Shown piece after piece: positions 1-14,834 of a stretch of 64,000 nucleotides of DNA. Source of the stretch: Zygnema circumcarinatum SAG 698-1b (Eukaryota > Plantae > Zygnematophyceae); contig CM074807.1 of the NCBI GenBank assembly GCA_037447605.1, positions 2,924,327-2,988,326 of the forward strand, given 5' to 3'. The notes beneath the pieces are model-generated. The model made no database searches. It was not told where the DNA came from and saw only the letters and a list, made by a program, of their open reading frames with translations. A program made the position numbers and the translations under genes. The first letter of the stretch is position 1, and every line of letters begins with the position of its first letter.

Positions 1-626
1 AGCTATACCTCATATCCACCTCAACCCTAATTTGCTCTCGTGTGCTTCCATCAGTTGGTAAAGCAAAAGGTTCTCTGCTCATGGACTGTTCTAAGAGGCC
101 TAGCTGAGGGTCCCCCGGCTGATCTGACAGCACGCAAACAGAGTAACAATCGAACCACAGAATTCGATTGACACAAATTAGGAAACCTCCATAACTTGGT
201 CACCGTATGCAAAACCGATAAACAACACGACATGCTCATAACTATACCTTCAAATGAGCGATAAATTTTAGAAATTCAGCAGCATCTTGATCCATACACA
301 CTAAATGACATGCATGGCGGGTCCCGCTGCTGCTCTACACTTGCAGCAACCAATACACTCAACCCCGAGAACACAATATATGTCAAGCAAGCGCTACACC
401 CTTTTCCTGCTTTCTCTGTTTTCTCGACATCCCCTCGCCCCCCGCCCCTCGCCCCCCGCGCCCCACCCCCCGCGCCCCACCCCCCCCAAAAAAAAAAAAA
501 ATTCTTCCCAGCTCCACCATCCCAAAACATCTGCAGAATCACGGGTCTCTCCGTATACATAGTATCCATAACAAATGACTAGTGGGACTCAGGGAAAGGA
601 AAGACAGCCAGCCGAAATCCACATAC

Positions 627-3600
627 CCCAAGCTCCTTCATGTCTGTGATGGATCCCGTGTTCCCATCGATCCCAACCGTCGGATTGTCTCCCCCGGCAT
701 GCTGGACGACACACAAGCGAACGCGTGGCAGCATCGGTCAGTGACCAACTCCCCAATATACCGAGAAATGCCTAAAGCAGGCGCCTTAGCAAAACATTAA
801 AAGGAGAAACCAGCGAAAAATGAGAACCATCTGTTCTTTTCGTCTAGGCAAGTGCTGCCTCGCCCATTGCCTCGTGTCAGTCAGTGGTAGTCTCCGCACC
901 TTGGCTTGGAGAGCTGTCATTGTTCTGACCACATTCACTCCACAGTTCTGTGCCAAAGTACGTGGAATAACTTCCATGCCGTTTGCCACCGTCCGATATG
1001 GGTACTGCCCCAGCATTCCCAGAACAGGAAACGCCGAGTAAGCTGAGACACACATTTTGTTTTTCCTTTGCAACTGAAGTCAAAGAAACGCAGACTGAAA
1101 CAAACGATAAAGGTCTCTGAGATCCGAGTTAATTCGCACCTGCTCAACACCTTTAATGGCGCTTGCCTTCTCTTTCAACGCTGCCGAAATTGCCATCTCC
1201 ACTGCGCCCCCTCCTGGGACAAGTTTGGGGTCTTGCACCACATTCCGTGCTACACCCATCGCATCCTGCACACCCATTTCCCCTTCTATACATTGTAAAG
1301 CCTCGTCCAGTTCAACAGAAGAACCAGTTGAAAGTGCTCTTTATTATCCGAAGATTAGCTTCCTCCAAAATATGTAGCAAATTCAGTCAAACAACAACCT
1401 CGCTAGGAACTCCCCATGATCTGCCCATTGACTTAAAATTCTCGCAACCTTCTAAGAACAAGAGCGCGCTCTCCTCACCTGCAAGTTTCGCTCGACTTCA
1501 TTGAGCACGTCTTTGCTTGCACCCCTCAGTAGAATAGTGCACGCTTTAGGTTCTTTGCATTCCACAATGAACGAAAAGAACTCATCTCCGATTTTGACCA
1601 CCTCAAAGAGCCCTGCACCCAAGCCAATATCGCTCTCTTGCAACTCCTCCACTCTATTCACGATCGTGGCTCCCACTGCTCTTGCAATGCGGTTGTTGTC
1701 TGTTTTCCTCACTCGCCGGATGGCACTAATTCCTGCCTTGCTGAGGAAGTGGGTTGCTAGGTCACTCAAGCCCTTCTCCGTGATAACAAGATCGGGTTTG
1801 AAGCTTGTTAAAATCGAGCATATCCGAGCAATATACTCTTCTTCTAACTTCAGCAGTGTGGACCTGACAGCACCCACATTTCCCCATTACTCATCATGAG
1901 AAACCCATCATTTGGATCCTTCATCTCTGCACAGGCGGAGGACGAGGACATTCACAATAAAAAGGCTTCGATTGTTCAAAGTCGGTTTCCATGCTCATGT
2001 AACGGTTTGAACACCAAAGCAGCTTCAACTTGATTAAATGAGTGAAGAAGCAGCTGGAAACGAGAGTTCTACTGAATTGACAACAGAGAACAACTCACCA
2101 GTCTTCATCCTTCATGAGTTCCACGTTTGTCTGGTTCTCTCCCTTCTTATATTCCAGTGGCGAGTCCAAGAGAATGATTCTTGGATTTTGTATTCTCCGC
2201 CGCATCTTCCCAGGGGCCACTATGTCCTTATTGAACATGACTCCGCGCAAAACTCTGCAATCTTCTATCCTCCCTCCAGGCACCTTCTCAACCTTCGCAT
2301 AGTTCTTTATGTCCACCTCTTTCCGCCCATCTCCTATATCTTGAGAGACTGTCATCACGGCATCGAGGGCCAGCTCCTGAACAAAACGGGAAAAAAGGAT
2401 CCCAGACAATTACAAACGAAAAGGTATAAGGTTCAAACCGTGTATGAGGTGGCTTAAGGGGAGGGTGCCATCATTTTCCCCATATTTGGAGCTTACTAGG
2501 CTCTAAAGTTTCCTCACCGAATCCGGTTAAGGGAGCAGATGCCACTGTTACTTTCACGCTGGATTGCACCTACCATCGGTGTCTGTAGAATTCAGACTCT
2601 ACAGCTTGATGGGATTTAGCCTCATGTTTTCTAATGACGCAAAGGCTAACATGTTAAATTGAACAAAACAGGAAATGTCAGAAGTTATGATTGTCAGGAC
2701 ATCTTACCGCCATAAGGCTGCCGAAGCGATTAGTGAACTTAGTACCTATACAGCTTTGTACGATATTCAACATCTGCGATCCTGCAAAATGAAAAAAAAG
2801 CACTTTCTTTCCAGGTCACAATTCACTCACTGGAGGTGAACATTCAGAAGAGGACAGCCAATTCCAGCTGCTTCAGCTGTCAATTCCCGCTAGGCTGCCT
2901 CACTCTAATTAGTTCTTCATTTCTGCCACAAAGCCCATCATAGTTGCCAACTGATGCAGAGTGGATAAAGAAGAAAACCCAACCACTGCATCTACTCCAT
3001 CTGCTCTCTGGCTATTGGGCTTCTCTCAAAGAGGTCATTGGATCAAATGCGGGAGAACAACTGGGCCTACATGATGGGAAGCAGGGAAAATCAATTCCAA
3101 CAGACCATTCGATCGGCAGACTTAACCATTCGACCACAAAAGCTGCAACTTCCAAATATAAGTAGGTGGTGGTCGACACGATGACTCACGGTTATTGACA
3201 TCTATGGGAAATGATATCTTGTCCACCACACTGATTGCATCCTCAAGCGCCGCCATGTAACCTGGAGACGCGGATGTAAGACCATGAGCGCCACTCAGTT
3301 TCAAACGTTAAGAGTAAGCGGGGCTGTAGAGAGCTCATGAGAAACAATAAAACACTCCCTGCAACTGTGGAAGACCCTATCTGCCTAGACTGCAACACAA
3401 TAACACAGGGTTTCTCGAGCTCCACATGATGCTGCAGTAAACCACAATGCATATCCATGACAATCACAGATACACAGGGAGAAAGGACCTTAAAAGGATT
3501 CAGTGTACATCTCCTTCTCACCCAGGGCACACCTGTTGAATGAGCGTGTCTTACCTCTGCATATCACAGTGGGATGAAAGTTTTTCTCCAAAAGCGGCTC

Positions 3601-4975
3601 AGCCAATGCCAACATCTCTCCAGCTGCGGACCCCACAAACCCAATCAAGCCATGAAAAAATTGTGCCGCCTTCATTTAAAACTCAACAATCTGTAAGCCA
3701 GTTGGATCATCTATAGCTTTGTTTACATGTTACGTGGCCTCACCAAGAATGATGACGGAGGTTGTTCCATCTCCAACTTCCTCATCCTGAGTTTTACTCA
3801 ACTCAATCATTGTCTGCATAGGACCACCCTCCCCAATCGGTTAATTCATTGCTGCTACAACTATGATCAGCCATTCAGTTAAAGGATACGTCACGAGCAT
3901 TTTTGTCCTAACGGTCTCGTTCTAACCCCACGTCCTACTGCCAGTCTACGAGGGGTCAGAATCCAATGTAACTGCAAGTCAAACCAAAGTGCAACAGGCC
4001 TGCTAACATCAGCATTCTACAGGTTTGCGATGGATGATTTACTTTAGGCAAGTCAGGAAAATCTCAATCTCCATCGCAAATTCGTCTACATCAAAAAGGG
4101 TTCAACAAGTTATTGTGCAGCGGAAAAACCTTTGCTGCAGGATGGTTCACGTCTATCTCACGCAAGATTGCGTTTCCATCGTTTGTTACCACGATTCCTG
4201 AAAGGGTCAAACAAGCATTCGGTGATCCTTTGCAACAATACTTTAGCATATAGTTGGAATGTAGAACTCAAGAGAGTTGGCTTCATTGTATGCAGAAGAA
4301 AGCATTTGGAGAAAGGTTGGTCAATTTTCATAGGTTTAGGAGGTGCCTGGATATCCACTTATGCTTGATAGAATTGCTACTTAAGGTTTGAAGTATCTCT
4401 AAAAGCATACTAACTCAAGAAAAGGGATAATGGAAATACCTCCAGCCGCATCAAGAAGCATCTTCAGCATGGAACGAGGGCCCAAAGTAGTGCGAATAAT
4501 ATCCGCAACAGCCTATGCCAACCATAGCACCGTCCCAGAATCAGCATTTGCTTTGTTCTCGAGTTGGAAATACATTTCCAGCCCAAGTGTTTCACACCAG
4601 GGATCAGGGCAAAAACCCTGGAGGGTTCTAGAATAAAAAATGGCAGTGCCACTCGTTCATATACAAATAAACCTTAAGCTGTGGAAAGTATTCCTTAAGA
4701 AACCATGAGGTAGACGCAAACATGAATGACCTTCAATTCAGCTCAATCCTCACTGACCTTAGCTGCGGCAATATTGCCCAGCTGCGCCTTGCGCCCTGAC
4801 TCCCGTTTACTCCCAGCATCTGCATTCGCATACTTTGGTCAGCGAATAACACGGCACAGCCTAAAGAGCTGCGTGTCCACACACCAAAACTTGGCACAAT
4901 TGTCAGCACTGCAAGCAGCTCCAGGGAAAAGACCCCATCAGAACGCTTACTTAGCACAAACACAGGGGCCTGCAT
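627..4975 (-). CDS. CCT3: T-complex protein 1 subunit gamma (CCT3), multi-exon; 3' exon(s) lie outside the window to the left
   Basis: GT-AG exons translate to MQAPVFVL (ATG 4975), AGSKRESGRKAQLGNIAAAK, AVADIIRTTLGPRSMLKMLLD, IVVTNDGNAILREID, TQDEEVGDGTTSVII, VEKVPGG..VMFNKD..RIILLDSPLEYKKGENQTN, KPDLVITEKGLSDLA, PKLVPGGGAVEM and IPRTLAQNCG; these are canonical CCT-gamma motifs. Confidence 0.97.
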
Positions 4976-5043
4976 CTTTGCTCAGCTTTGGCCGGATGCT
5001 GAACAGCAATCCTTTATACTCCTTCCTTCGCAGCAAAGGACGC

Positions 5044-5067
5044 GCTGCTGCTGCTGCTGCTGCTGCT
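5044..5067. repeat. (GCT)n microsatellite upstream of the CCT3 start codon
   Basis: gctgctgctgctgctgctgctgct read directly. Confidence 0.9.
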
Positions 5068-5690
5068 CCCACTGCTCCCAGAACACTCTTCTCCTTAATC
5101 TTCAGCAACAGCTCAGGTCAATATGAGCCTAAGAAGCCGTCCAAGATGTAAAGCAGACTCAGACGAACCTTCCCTCCCTGCCGGCCGCGACGAGCACTAG
5201 CACCACCGCCAGCAGCAGCTCTGCAGAAAGGAGGAGCGCTGCGGCGGCCTTCAGATTTGAAGACGGCGCGAGAAAAGAAAGAGGACTGCAGCGGGTCGAG
5301 AAGAAAGGGAAAGGCGCGCGCCAAAGCAGGCGGTGCAGAAGTCCGGATAGAAGGGCCGGATACAATTATAGGATCAAGGTTTTGGATTTCAGGCGAAGAT
5401 AGAAGGCCCACTGCTCTTCTCTTCAGCATTGCAGGCTCCCGGATCCTGGTTGTATTAGGCAAGGAAGGACATGGCTTTTCATGCCATGATGCTCAGTCTC
5501 TAGATGCAAAACAGTGTTTTAGTGACTATTATTCGCTTAAGAAGAATCTTGTTAGAGGCTGAAGACTGAGCGACGTCTTGGAATTGTACATTGGAAGCGT
5601 GGGCTGTTAGATGGCTCGGAGGGCAGCTGAGATGGAATGAGGATGGTTTTTTAGGTTCTCGGGGGCTTTGTATCGGAAGCCTGTTTGGAT

Positions 5691-8600
5691 ATGGCTCCTG
5701 AATATGTCACCAGTAAGCCTCCAGTGGATGGAAAGGAAATAGTGAACGAGGAAATCGCCCAGCAGCTAGACGCAGCGTATCCTGCGTTTGCTCGCAGGGA
5801 TATTTATGGTCGACAAGGATTAGGACCTTTATCAGTGGGAATGCAGCTCTATTTATGGATAGCATCCTTTACATTGTTCCCTCTGCGAGCCATTGTATGC
5901 TTGCTGTTCTTCGCCGTATTTTATTTTATTTGCGTTTTGGCGACAGCTTTTCAGCAGCCTACCAAGTACAAAGGCCAGGATGTGGGAACTTACACAAATC
6001 TGCATTTCTTTAGGCGCTGGATCATATCAGTTGCTTCACGATTCAGTGCGCGAGCTGTAAGCATTTTTCTTGGAAGTCCTTTCACCTGGACCTGTAGTTG
6101 CAATCGTGGTTCCTAGAATGCTTCCTCTCAATCAATTTCTCTTGGCCATTCGTTGTTTTCAGACTTTTCTTGAATCCCTGCCAGTTCGAGTCGTGTAGCT
6201 ATGCAGCTTTCCACGCTCGGTACTATATTTCAGCTGCTTGTTTGCTAATACAGAGAATAATCTGTATCCTCTCAATGCATTTTTATCAAGCAGCTACTCT
6301 TTGTAATGGGATTCCACTTCACCAAAGAAGTCATTGTGGAACCGAAGGATTCCAAGGATGCTGGCAGTTCGAAAAAGGTGTGCCCTTCCAGAAGCATGCC
6401 ATTTTCTCCACGTTCCCTGTATAGTTTTATCGATTGTCTAGGTTGGTTAGTCACACTGAAGGTCTTCACCAGAGCAAGGATTCTCATGTTTTAGGCTGAA
6501 TTCTCTCTGCGTGGACTTGGAGTTTGGTACCTAAACATGAATTACCATGAATGAGCCTGTGGTTTCACGTCATAAGGAGCTAGGTTGCTTTGATCATGGA
6601 TTTCTGTCACTGACTCACTGTATCGATAATGCACTTAAGTTGTTTTTAATGACATGGTGTCAGCTCTGTTGTGACATCCAGTGGACCGTCACTTGAGGGC
6701 TCTTTTGTACCTACTTTTCACTTTAAGAGCTCGATTGTGAAAGCCACTGATCTAGCCTGTCGAGTTGTCGGCTATTCATGGCGTTCAGATACCATCAGTT
6801 TCCGTCCCACGTTCTTTAGCAACATGTGTTGTATCGAATCATGTATCTTACATCGACATTCTGTATTATGTATATGCATACCCACGAGGTGTCCCCAGCT
6901 TTGTGGCTAAGGTAAGGGGTCATTCTAGCCAGATACAGATGGAACTCTTTACTTCTGGAATGATTGTATCAAATCTGGAGCGTCACGAAAACGCATTCAT
7001 GATTGGGCCCTTTTCCACAGAGCTGGGAGATCTTCTATTGGTAGTAGTAGCACAAAAGAAAATGGGCGACATCTAGGACAAAGATCTTTCCGCTGAAGCT
7101 CTTAGTATTTGGTAGAAGCAGAGATCAAGGAGATCAGGGTCGATTTGATTTTGAGTCTGTTTCCATCAATGGATACTCTGTGCGAGCCTCACGCTTACTA
7201 CATGATGAGTGTTCCAGAAATCGGTGACCGGCGTGCCACTGGTTGGTTTCATAAGGTGGGAGCATTGCTTTTTGTCCTTCCATTTAGAAAATGCAAATGC
7301 TTTTGAACTCGGGTAGAATATACAAGACACCTTTGATCAAGGTTCTATGAGCTTGCGTGTAGCATTTGTGAGTGTTCGGCAGGCGGTAGATGCTGAATCA
7401 ACTCATGTGCATGCAAATGCTTGTTGAATAAAAGATGGACAATTTGGATTTGACTGAATTCACAATTAGTTCTCCGATCGTGAAGTAAATTTCTGCACAT
7501 TACTGTGCTTCTGCAGCAAGTGTTTTGGCTGCATCTACGTGGAGCGGGAATCGAAAGGACGGGGAGAACCTGGTGTTGCCGGTGAGCTCAGCTTGATTGC
7601 TTTTTGCATGATAACATCGCATCACTGATGGTGCTAGCTCGCAAAAGAACAGCACTAGCTGGTATATTGATTTGGCCTATCCAGCTGTGATTCTTTGAGC
7701 CTCCTGTTTCTCACTTTGCTTGCAAACTTTTAGCTTTCATCCTAGGCATTGCCAGAGCACAGCACCTAAGATCCAAACACGAAGCCGACGTTAGGTTTGT
7801 TCGATTCAAAATTTGAAACCTGCTTTAGCCATGTTAAAAAGCGCAGCGTTTTGCATAATGGCGGATTGCCCACTTTGTTTGATGCAGAGGTTATCGTGGA
7901 ACGCATGAAAACGTCTTCAAAGGATGCATCGGCTCCATTGGTGCTACTTTTTCCAGGTGAGGTACCCTGCTATTCACTTAGTCCGGATGATTCGAAAGGT
8001 CAATGTTTAATGTCTCCTTTGTAGCTAGAAGTCGGTTTCTGGTTTGTTGTCATTATTGATAATTTCTCTTTATGTCCTTCGGCAATACTTTATCTACGGG
8101 TCGATCAACGAATGTGAAGTTTAATAATGACAAACTCACATCCCTATTTCACATGGCGTTTCGGTAGCTGCGAATCGTTGTGTGTTTGCATCATCAGCCA
8201 TGAGCGTAGGGCCTGGGTATGAATGGAATTCACCCTGTCCTGTTGCCGGTTTGCTCTACAGAAGGCACCACCAGCAATGGCCAATTTGTTCTTCCGTTTA
8301 GAACTGGAGCATTTCTGGCTGGTACGGCTGTGCAACCAATTTTGCTACGCTATGGAGGTCCCTTTTTTGACCCAGCATGGGAATCGATGGGAGGGGTAAG
8401 AGAGCTCATTCAGAGTGCTTGACTCACCTTCGCCCTAATGCGCAGCTGAAGGCATGCTTATGTATATGCAAAGATACTTTCCTCTGCTTTCCATCTGAAG
8501 GGAAGTGCTTATATATTACTTTAAGGACTCGTCGAAGCCTCAATCAGGTTTACGCAGTCTATAGCTGCGAACAATTCTGTTATCGATGTTTGAGAACATC

Positions 8601-9282
8601 CTTTTAATGGTCTGATCTCTAGCGTCTAACTGCTCACTAGAGAGTTTTCACTTCATTTCAGGTCCGGCATTTGATTCTTCTGCTTTGCCAACCTTGGCAT
8701 TCTCTGGAAGTCACCCGTTTGCCCGTGTACGAGCCCTCAGATGAAGAAAGCAAAGATCCCAAGCTGTACAGCAAGAACGTGCGGAATCTGATGGCTGCGA
8801 AGGTTAGCTCCTCCTGCCCTCAATCCGTCTTTTTAACTCAGTTTCTGGAAGAAGTTCTTCATATCGAAAGTAACTGGGCCTCCTTCGGGCTGTGCATTCT
8901 TGAATATGCACGCAATGAAGTGGCCTTTTCTTTTTGTCGAGAGTATTTCCAAAAGGGACTTTTCAACCTTGCTTTTCGAGTCCTGGTTATACCATAGAGA
9001 GCACGCCTAGGGCAGAGCATGGGAGAGCTTCGCATTCAACTCCAAGTAGGTGACATTGGGACAACATGAGTTTGGGGATGTCTTTTCTACGAGAAAGACT
9101 AAAGGGCAAGGTGCGAAATAGAACAGCCTTGAACTCTTCTCGACTAACCTTGACTTAACACTTTCTTGGGTCTGCAGGGAGGCTTGAGGTTGTCGCCTTT
9201 GACACTTTACGATAAGCGCGTCTACCACGCCCGGCTGCAGGGCAGGGAGCCTCCACCCCCACCTAATTCAAAGACAGAATAG
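5691..9282 (+). CDS. LPEAT1: Lysophospholipid acyltransferase, LPEAT1-like (PlsC family), multi-exon
   Basis: Exons give VVSNHVSYIDIL (HX4D motif), PSFVAK|KSVTGVPLVGFIS|KCFGCIYVERE, LLFP|EGTTSNGQFVLPFRTGAFLAG..VQPILLRY, LPVYEPSDEESKDPKLYSKNVR and last exon GGLRLSPLTLYDKRVYHARLQG..TAG at 9280-9282; start codon is tentative. Confidence 0.92.
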
Positions 9283-9957
9283 GGCTCCATCTCTAAGCCA
9301 ATCAAAGGTTAACAGTTGCAGAACTCTCCAATGTAAGGTTATTTTTCTTCCCGCTTCGACCGATACAGATGTACATATTTTAATTTGGTCTTAGAACAAG
9401 TGGCGTGAAGTTCTTCTGGCACGCTTTTGGAGGCCGTCTACAAGGCAGCGGTGCTTGGGATAAAAGAGCGAAACCTTCTGTTTGATAAGCAATAGAAAGC
9501 GAAAACGGGCATTGAAGTTGCTGCCCACTTGCAGTGAAAATCCTCCCTGCACTAATATACAATTAGAGGGGTTTCAGACCTGAAAAAAATCAGCACAAGC
9601 TGTTTCGAAACTACTTTCCAATTTGATGTTGCTACTTATTCTGTGGGAATGCGTATACGGACATAGAATTGCACAAGTGTGAGCTTTTCTAAGTCTGAAT
9701 CTCCCAGTTGTTAGGAAAATCTGACAAACGCGGATAGCCTAATCTATAGTACAGCTGCACAAACTACTCTAAAGAAAGCAGTAGGAAAGTTAAATACGTG
9801 AACAACTCAGCATTGTGCCACCCGCATTCACTCCGACCAATGTTTGGCGACCATTACCAATGGTTGGCGGCCATTGCCAATGGTGCTCATCTCCGCTTCC
9901 TGTGCGCAGACTACTCCCCTCTTAACCCACAAATGTAAGCGAAAGCCCTATCGGGAG

Positions 9958-12900
9958 TCATGGCTTCAGGCGGTAGAGGAGGACCTGCAAGATCGACTTG
10001 GCATGAGATCAGTGCCACGTCGTCAATTCAAAAAAGGAGTCCCACTCCGTTATGCAGAGCCAGAGTACATTTCAAGAAAGAGTCTGCGAAGGAGGGGCAA
10101 GAAAGCCTGGGAGTACGAGTAAAGGAAAGTTAGTGTCCCAAAATGCAATGAATCGTGGAGCTAATGTGAAGCAAAAACACTGCTCTTCCCTAAAGCATGC
10201 AGGAGACTTCTGCGTGGTTCCATCAATGAAAGACTTTATGCATTAAGGGTGTTTGCAATGATCCTCCAATGCCGACGATACAAGGAGAGGCTTACACGCC
10301 ATACATAGCCAAAGGGATTTGACAGCTAGGGTAAGGGCCTCACGGGATTGCCTCGTAGCTTCCACCTTGACATTGCAATGTCTCTCAATGTTAAGCCGCG
10401 AGGGAGAAGCTCCGCGGTAGAAGAAGAATGGCTTGTGCTGTTGTCGCTTGGGTCCACGGAATGAATAGTAGGCAGAAGGAGCTCTAACTCATCAGCATCC
10501 AGTGAGAGACAGCTTTCCAAAAACTGCAGACAAACGCATCCCTCCAAAGCATCCCATCCCATTACACATGGAGAATGACACAAGGGAATGCAAGCAGCAC
10601 TGAACAGAAAGGCGTGTGTGGGCGATCTCTCAAGCCAGATGACAGGGCAAGGGCCAGCTTCTGAAAGGACCGAGAAAGCTTTCAAGAAAGACGGACCGGC
10701 ACAATTCTGGTTTGTTTCTATCAAGAGTGAAAAGAGATTCGTGATTAGGAAAATGACATGCATTCCTTACTTTCGAGCTATAAAGCCAGTAAGGACATGC
10801 ATCCTGACCTTGCATAAGTGCCCTACAGTGATGGCTGCCGGACAACAGAGGTGGCTGCACTCCATTGGTGGAAGGCATTCTTCTCCATCGTCCATGGCAT
10901 GCCCATCGTCTGCTGGATTTAGGCTGATATGCACTTCAAGCTGCAATCCATCCTCGAGAAGGTCACCCAGTAGAAAAGAAGAAGGCCACAGTTTAAGGTT
11001 AGGCCCGCAAAAACATAAGATGTCTAGATTTGAAAAAGAAATGAAGAAGAAGCTACACGCACAAGAAAAGAGCACACCGAAAATCAGGTTCTAGATCCCC
11101 TATCAGCATTACCTAGCATAGAAACATCAACACATCCCAAGCAACGTCCGCTTGCTTAACCATGTACCATAATTTCCTGCTTTGATTTTGCCACTCACCT
11201 CGTTTCTCTCCTCACTCCTGGCCAGCAGAAAGTCTCGCAGCAAAGCTGCTTTGTAGCACTTTGTAGTTAAAGCTGTTCTTCCTACTCCAAAAGATGAGGG
11301 AGTCCATCCCTGAACCTCTCCATCGCGAGCATTTCTCTCATTAGCATTTGCCACTAGGTCATCTGCTCGTCTAAAGTGTTCCTGCCTTGTTCTTGCCCTA
11401 AACTTTTCGTCCTCATTCTCTTCTACTCTCATCCGTGCGTCTGTTTCTTCCCTTTCTCTTCTCTGCCCCCCACCAGCTCTGTCAATGTGAACATCTTCCA
11501 AAGCAGCGTCTTCTGCGGCATTTGCCTCCAGATCACTTTCCTCCTCTTCAGCACTGAATTCAGGAGACTCTGTGATGAAATCGGGATCAAGCCGACGAGT
11601 TCGAACTCGCTTGCTTCCTCCCGTCCGCCGCCGTTCTTCAGGAAGGAGGGCTTCTTCTGCATCGTCGTCTTCCTTCTCCTCATCATCCAAAAGACTTCTC
11701 CCCCTTTTGAGTCCCCTCAGCGGCCGCTTCCGTCCTACAGCTCTCCCTCCACTACTGCCAGCACTCTTCCGTTTGGAGAAAGCCGTGATCTGCCTTCGGA
11801 AAGTTTCAGATATGCGTTCCTGAATCTGAACACAGTTCACATGTGCATACCAGCCTAGCCAATTTATAAGCTTTATTTATCGACTGTGACGTAACGACTT
11901 CCCCTATCAGCAAATCAAGAGCTTTTTCTGTTTGATTCTTTAGTAGAGATTACTAATTACCTGCCGATTCCGCCGGCTTTCTTCTTCATCAAATCCGTCT
12001 TCCTGCAAACATGCGATGGGCGAGCTAAGGTCACTGTCACGTGCGGCTGAGTTCAATCGAATAGTTGACCCACACGAGCTTCCACAAGCAGACTATAGAC
12101 CATGCTGCACACATGCTGTCACGACTACGCAACATCCTTTCATATGCTCTCACGGACCTCCTCCTCGTACTTGTCCAAGTCCGGGTAAAGCGCTGCCACA
12201 AGGTTGTCGAATTTGGGATCATCTCTCAAAGACCGCCGGCTTGCACAATGCACTCGGCACGCCGGGCATTCGTTGTTTCTGCAGAAACGATAGGAGATGA
12301 TGCAAGAACTGGTGATTTAGGACATACAATTCACAATCGTTTGACAAGTCCCTGAAATGATAAGGATTCAGATAACTCAGGAAACTTGTTCATAAAGCGG
12401 AGGAACATACCCAATCCGCATAGCCTTGTCGATACACTCCCGGCAAAAACGATGCAGGCACTCCATCACTGTCCGGGTCTTCTTTATGACACCTGCAAAT
12501 GCGCATTGAGGCGGCAATGTCCTCCAATTAGAACCGCAACATTGAAACAAACAGCATAACCTCAATGTGCATCAAAAACCCACTCTAAACTTATGGGGCA
12601 CGTGACTTATAGCCAAAAAAGTCCAATGCATGGATGAAGTTGTAAATCAGCTTCACCAGTCAGTGCTTGGGTCAGGGAGTGAGAAGAGATGCTTTATTCC
12701 TCAATTATATGATGATGCAGTACTAGCACTGTTGTTTATCAACAACCACAGCAGAATTAGAACTCCTAAAACGAACTTCGGATATTCACAAGCTTTCCAC
12801 TTTCGATCGGTTTCAAATGTTTTCGCTACCTGATCTTCCAAACTCTTAGGCAAAAGCAAACTTCAGTTTAGCCTCTCTCTCCCCTCAGGAGGTGAAACAT

Positions 12901-14513
12901 TACTTAGACAGATCGGGCACTGCATCTCCTTCTTGATGTCTGCCAGACACACGTCAATGTACCTGAAGAAAGCCACGGCTCCCAGGCAGCAAATCATTTC
13001 CATGTAAATCATGTATGTTCACTTCAGCAATGAACAATGAACAATCAAGTTATGCCAAGCTCTCCCAGCTCTCGTGATTCTCGGTTGAAACAACTACACA
13101 CTAATGATCCATTACCACGATTTCATTGCAGTACTTACACAGCACTTTGACCCGCCTATGACTTACACCATGCTTTCCCATTTTAACTGTGCTCATTCGT
13201 GCACGTGTGCTAAGGAAGAGTGAAGAGAGGAGAGGGAGAGGGCCAGCAAGGGGGGAGGCAGAGCACGAGACGAAGGAGTGCAGCAGGAAAGCGACTCACT
13301 CATCCTGGTGGTCCTTGGCCTCTGCACGAGCCCCTCAGCGCCCACCACATGAACTTTTGTTAGTTATTTCTCGATTTCTTCAGAAACGTGTAAGGCCAGT
13401 CGAGAAGAAACAGCAAAGACTCCTTCTAATCAACTTTATATGCACATAAATATGGCTGATATTGTCTGCATGCATTCACTAGCTTAACGATAGCAAGTGA
13501 TATAACACTTGTTTCTCATATCATTGTCGCCAGACAAGAATAACGTGCGTATTTCATCGCTATAAGCTTTGAAACATCAGACGTGAAATAAATGCAGACT
13601 GCTTCCTAAAAGTTATGTGCTGTGCAGCGACTGGTTGCTAGGAGGATCAAAACTTAGTCTGTCATCAATATTGATACTTTGGTGAATCAAAGAAATTACT
13701 GTAAAGGAAACACGCGAACGGGTTGCAAAAGTGAAGGTGCGTTAGGGTCATGGGCTATGTATGAGCATTTAGGCAAAGATAAATAACATACAGACTAGTC
13801 ATTCTGGTTTGAAAAGTTGGGCAATTAAACATTCAGAATTCATGGTTAGTCTGAGAAAAACTGAGCCGAAATAGCCAATAGGACCAATGTCGGCGGACAC
13901 ATGAGGTATTGATGCGGTATCGAGCAAGGAGTAAAAGGTTTAAGTTATACAAATGAGGCTGTATGAGTGTGACAGGTGCAGTTGTGATAAGCTCTGAAGA
14001 CGTGGCTGGGGGCTCTGACCGAGTACTCAAATAGTTCTAACGAACAAATGAGAAAACCGCAAGAACAAACCATTGGTATTTACGGACTATTTCACATAGG
14101 AAGCATGTCCTTCGTCTAACATACAATCAGATTGTGCATAGGACTTCAATGCGAGTAAACACACTTAAGGAAACTTTCAGGTTCCGCTCCAATTGGGGAG
14201 AATGTGCTTGCAATTAATCTCTCAACATTGCGCCGAATGAATTCTCATAAAGATGGCCAGATTAAAACTCAGTGCAACCGACCCAGCTTCCTTTCCCGCC
14301 ATAGGCGTATCTCACACTCTCGCCCTACACCAGCTATCCCCGCACACTCTTCCTCCCTTACATCCATTTCCCGGCATTATATTTATCTAAAAAAACACAC
14401 TTAAGGCATTATCAGAGTCTCAAGAGCCTCTCCCGACGAAGCGACACAGGCCTCAGAAGCAAACCTGAATCTTCTGCAGAGCTGCGACTCGGAGCATCCT
14501 CCGCGACCGCCAT
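9958..14513 (-). CDS. RING1: Polycomb PRC1 E3 ligase RING1-like (N-terminal RING finger, C-terminal RAWUL domain)
   Basis: YIDVCLADIKKEMQCPICL|GVIKKTRTVMECLHRFCRECIDKAMRIG|NNECPACRVHCASRRSLRDDPKFD; acidic linker 11127-11840; RAWUL-like HLCCPAAITVGHLCK|FLESCLSLDADELELL..RGNP|VLLYRLKP* (stop 9958). The first two exons (ATG 14513; small exon near 13300-13335) are phase-consistent but tentative. Confidence 0.92.
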
Positions 14514-14564
14514 GACTGCCTCCAATGAAACTCTTTATACACGCTTCCGCTACGAAAAAGAAAA

Positions 14565-14645
14565 GAGAGAGAGCGAGAGAGACACGGGAGAGGCAGAGAG
14601 AGAGAGAGAGGAGAGGTGCGCAGAGGGATGCAGAGAGAGAGAGCG
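14565..14645. repeat. (GA)n-rich tract in the RING1 5' region
   Basis: Interrupted GA dinucleotide runs. Confidence 0.8.
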
Positions 14646-14834
14646 GGTAAGCCGTCCGTCTCTCCCTCCTCGGCCGTACAGGGCAGGGCAGTGCAGGGCC
14701 GCTGCCGTCACTCCATGCCCAAAGTCTATTCCGCTGTTGCCCTAACGACAGTTCTATGTTCTCAGTGCAGTTCACAGTTCTTGTTATGGGCCGTTCCCTA
14801 ACATAGCAATGAACCAGCGCGGTTGCCGCAACGC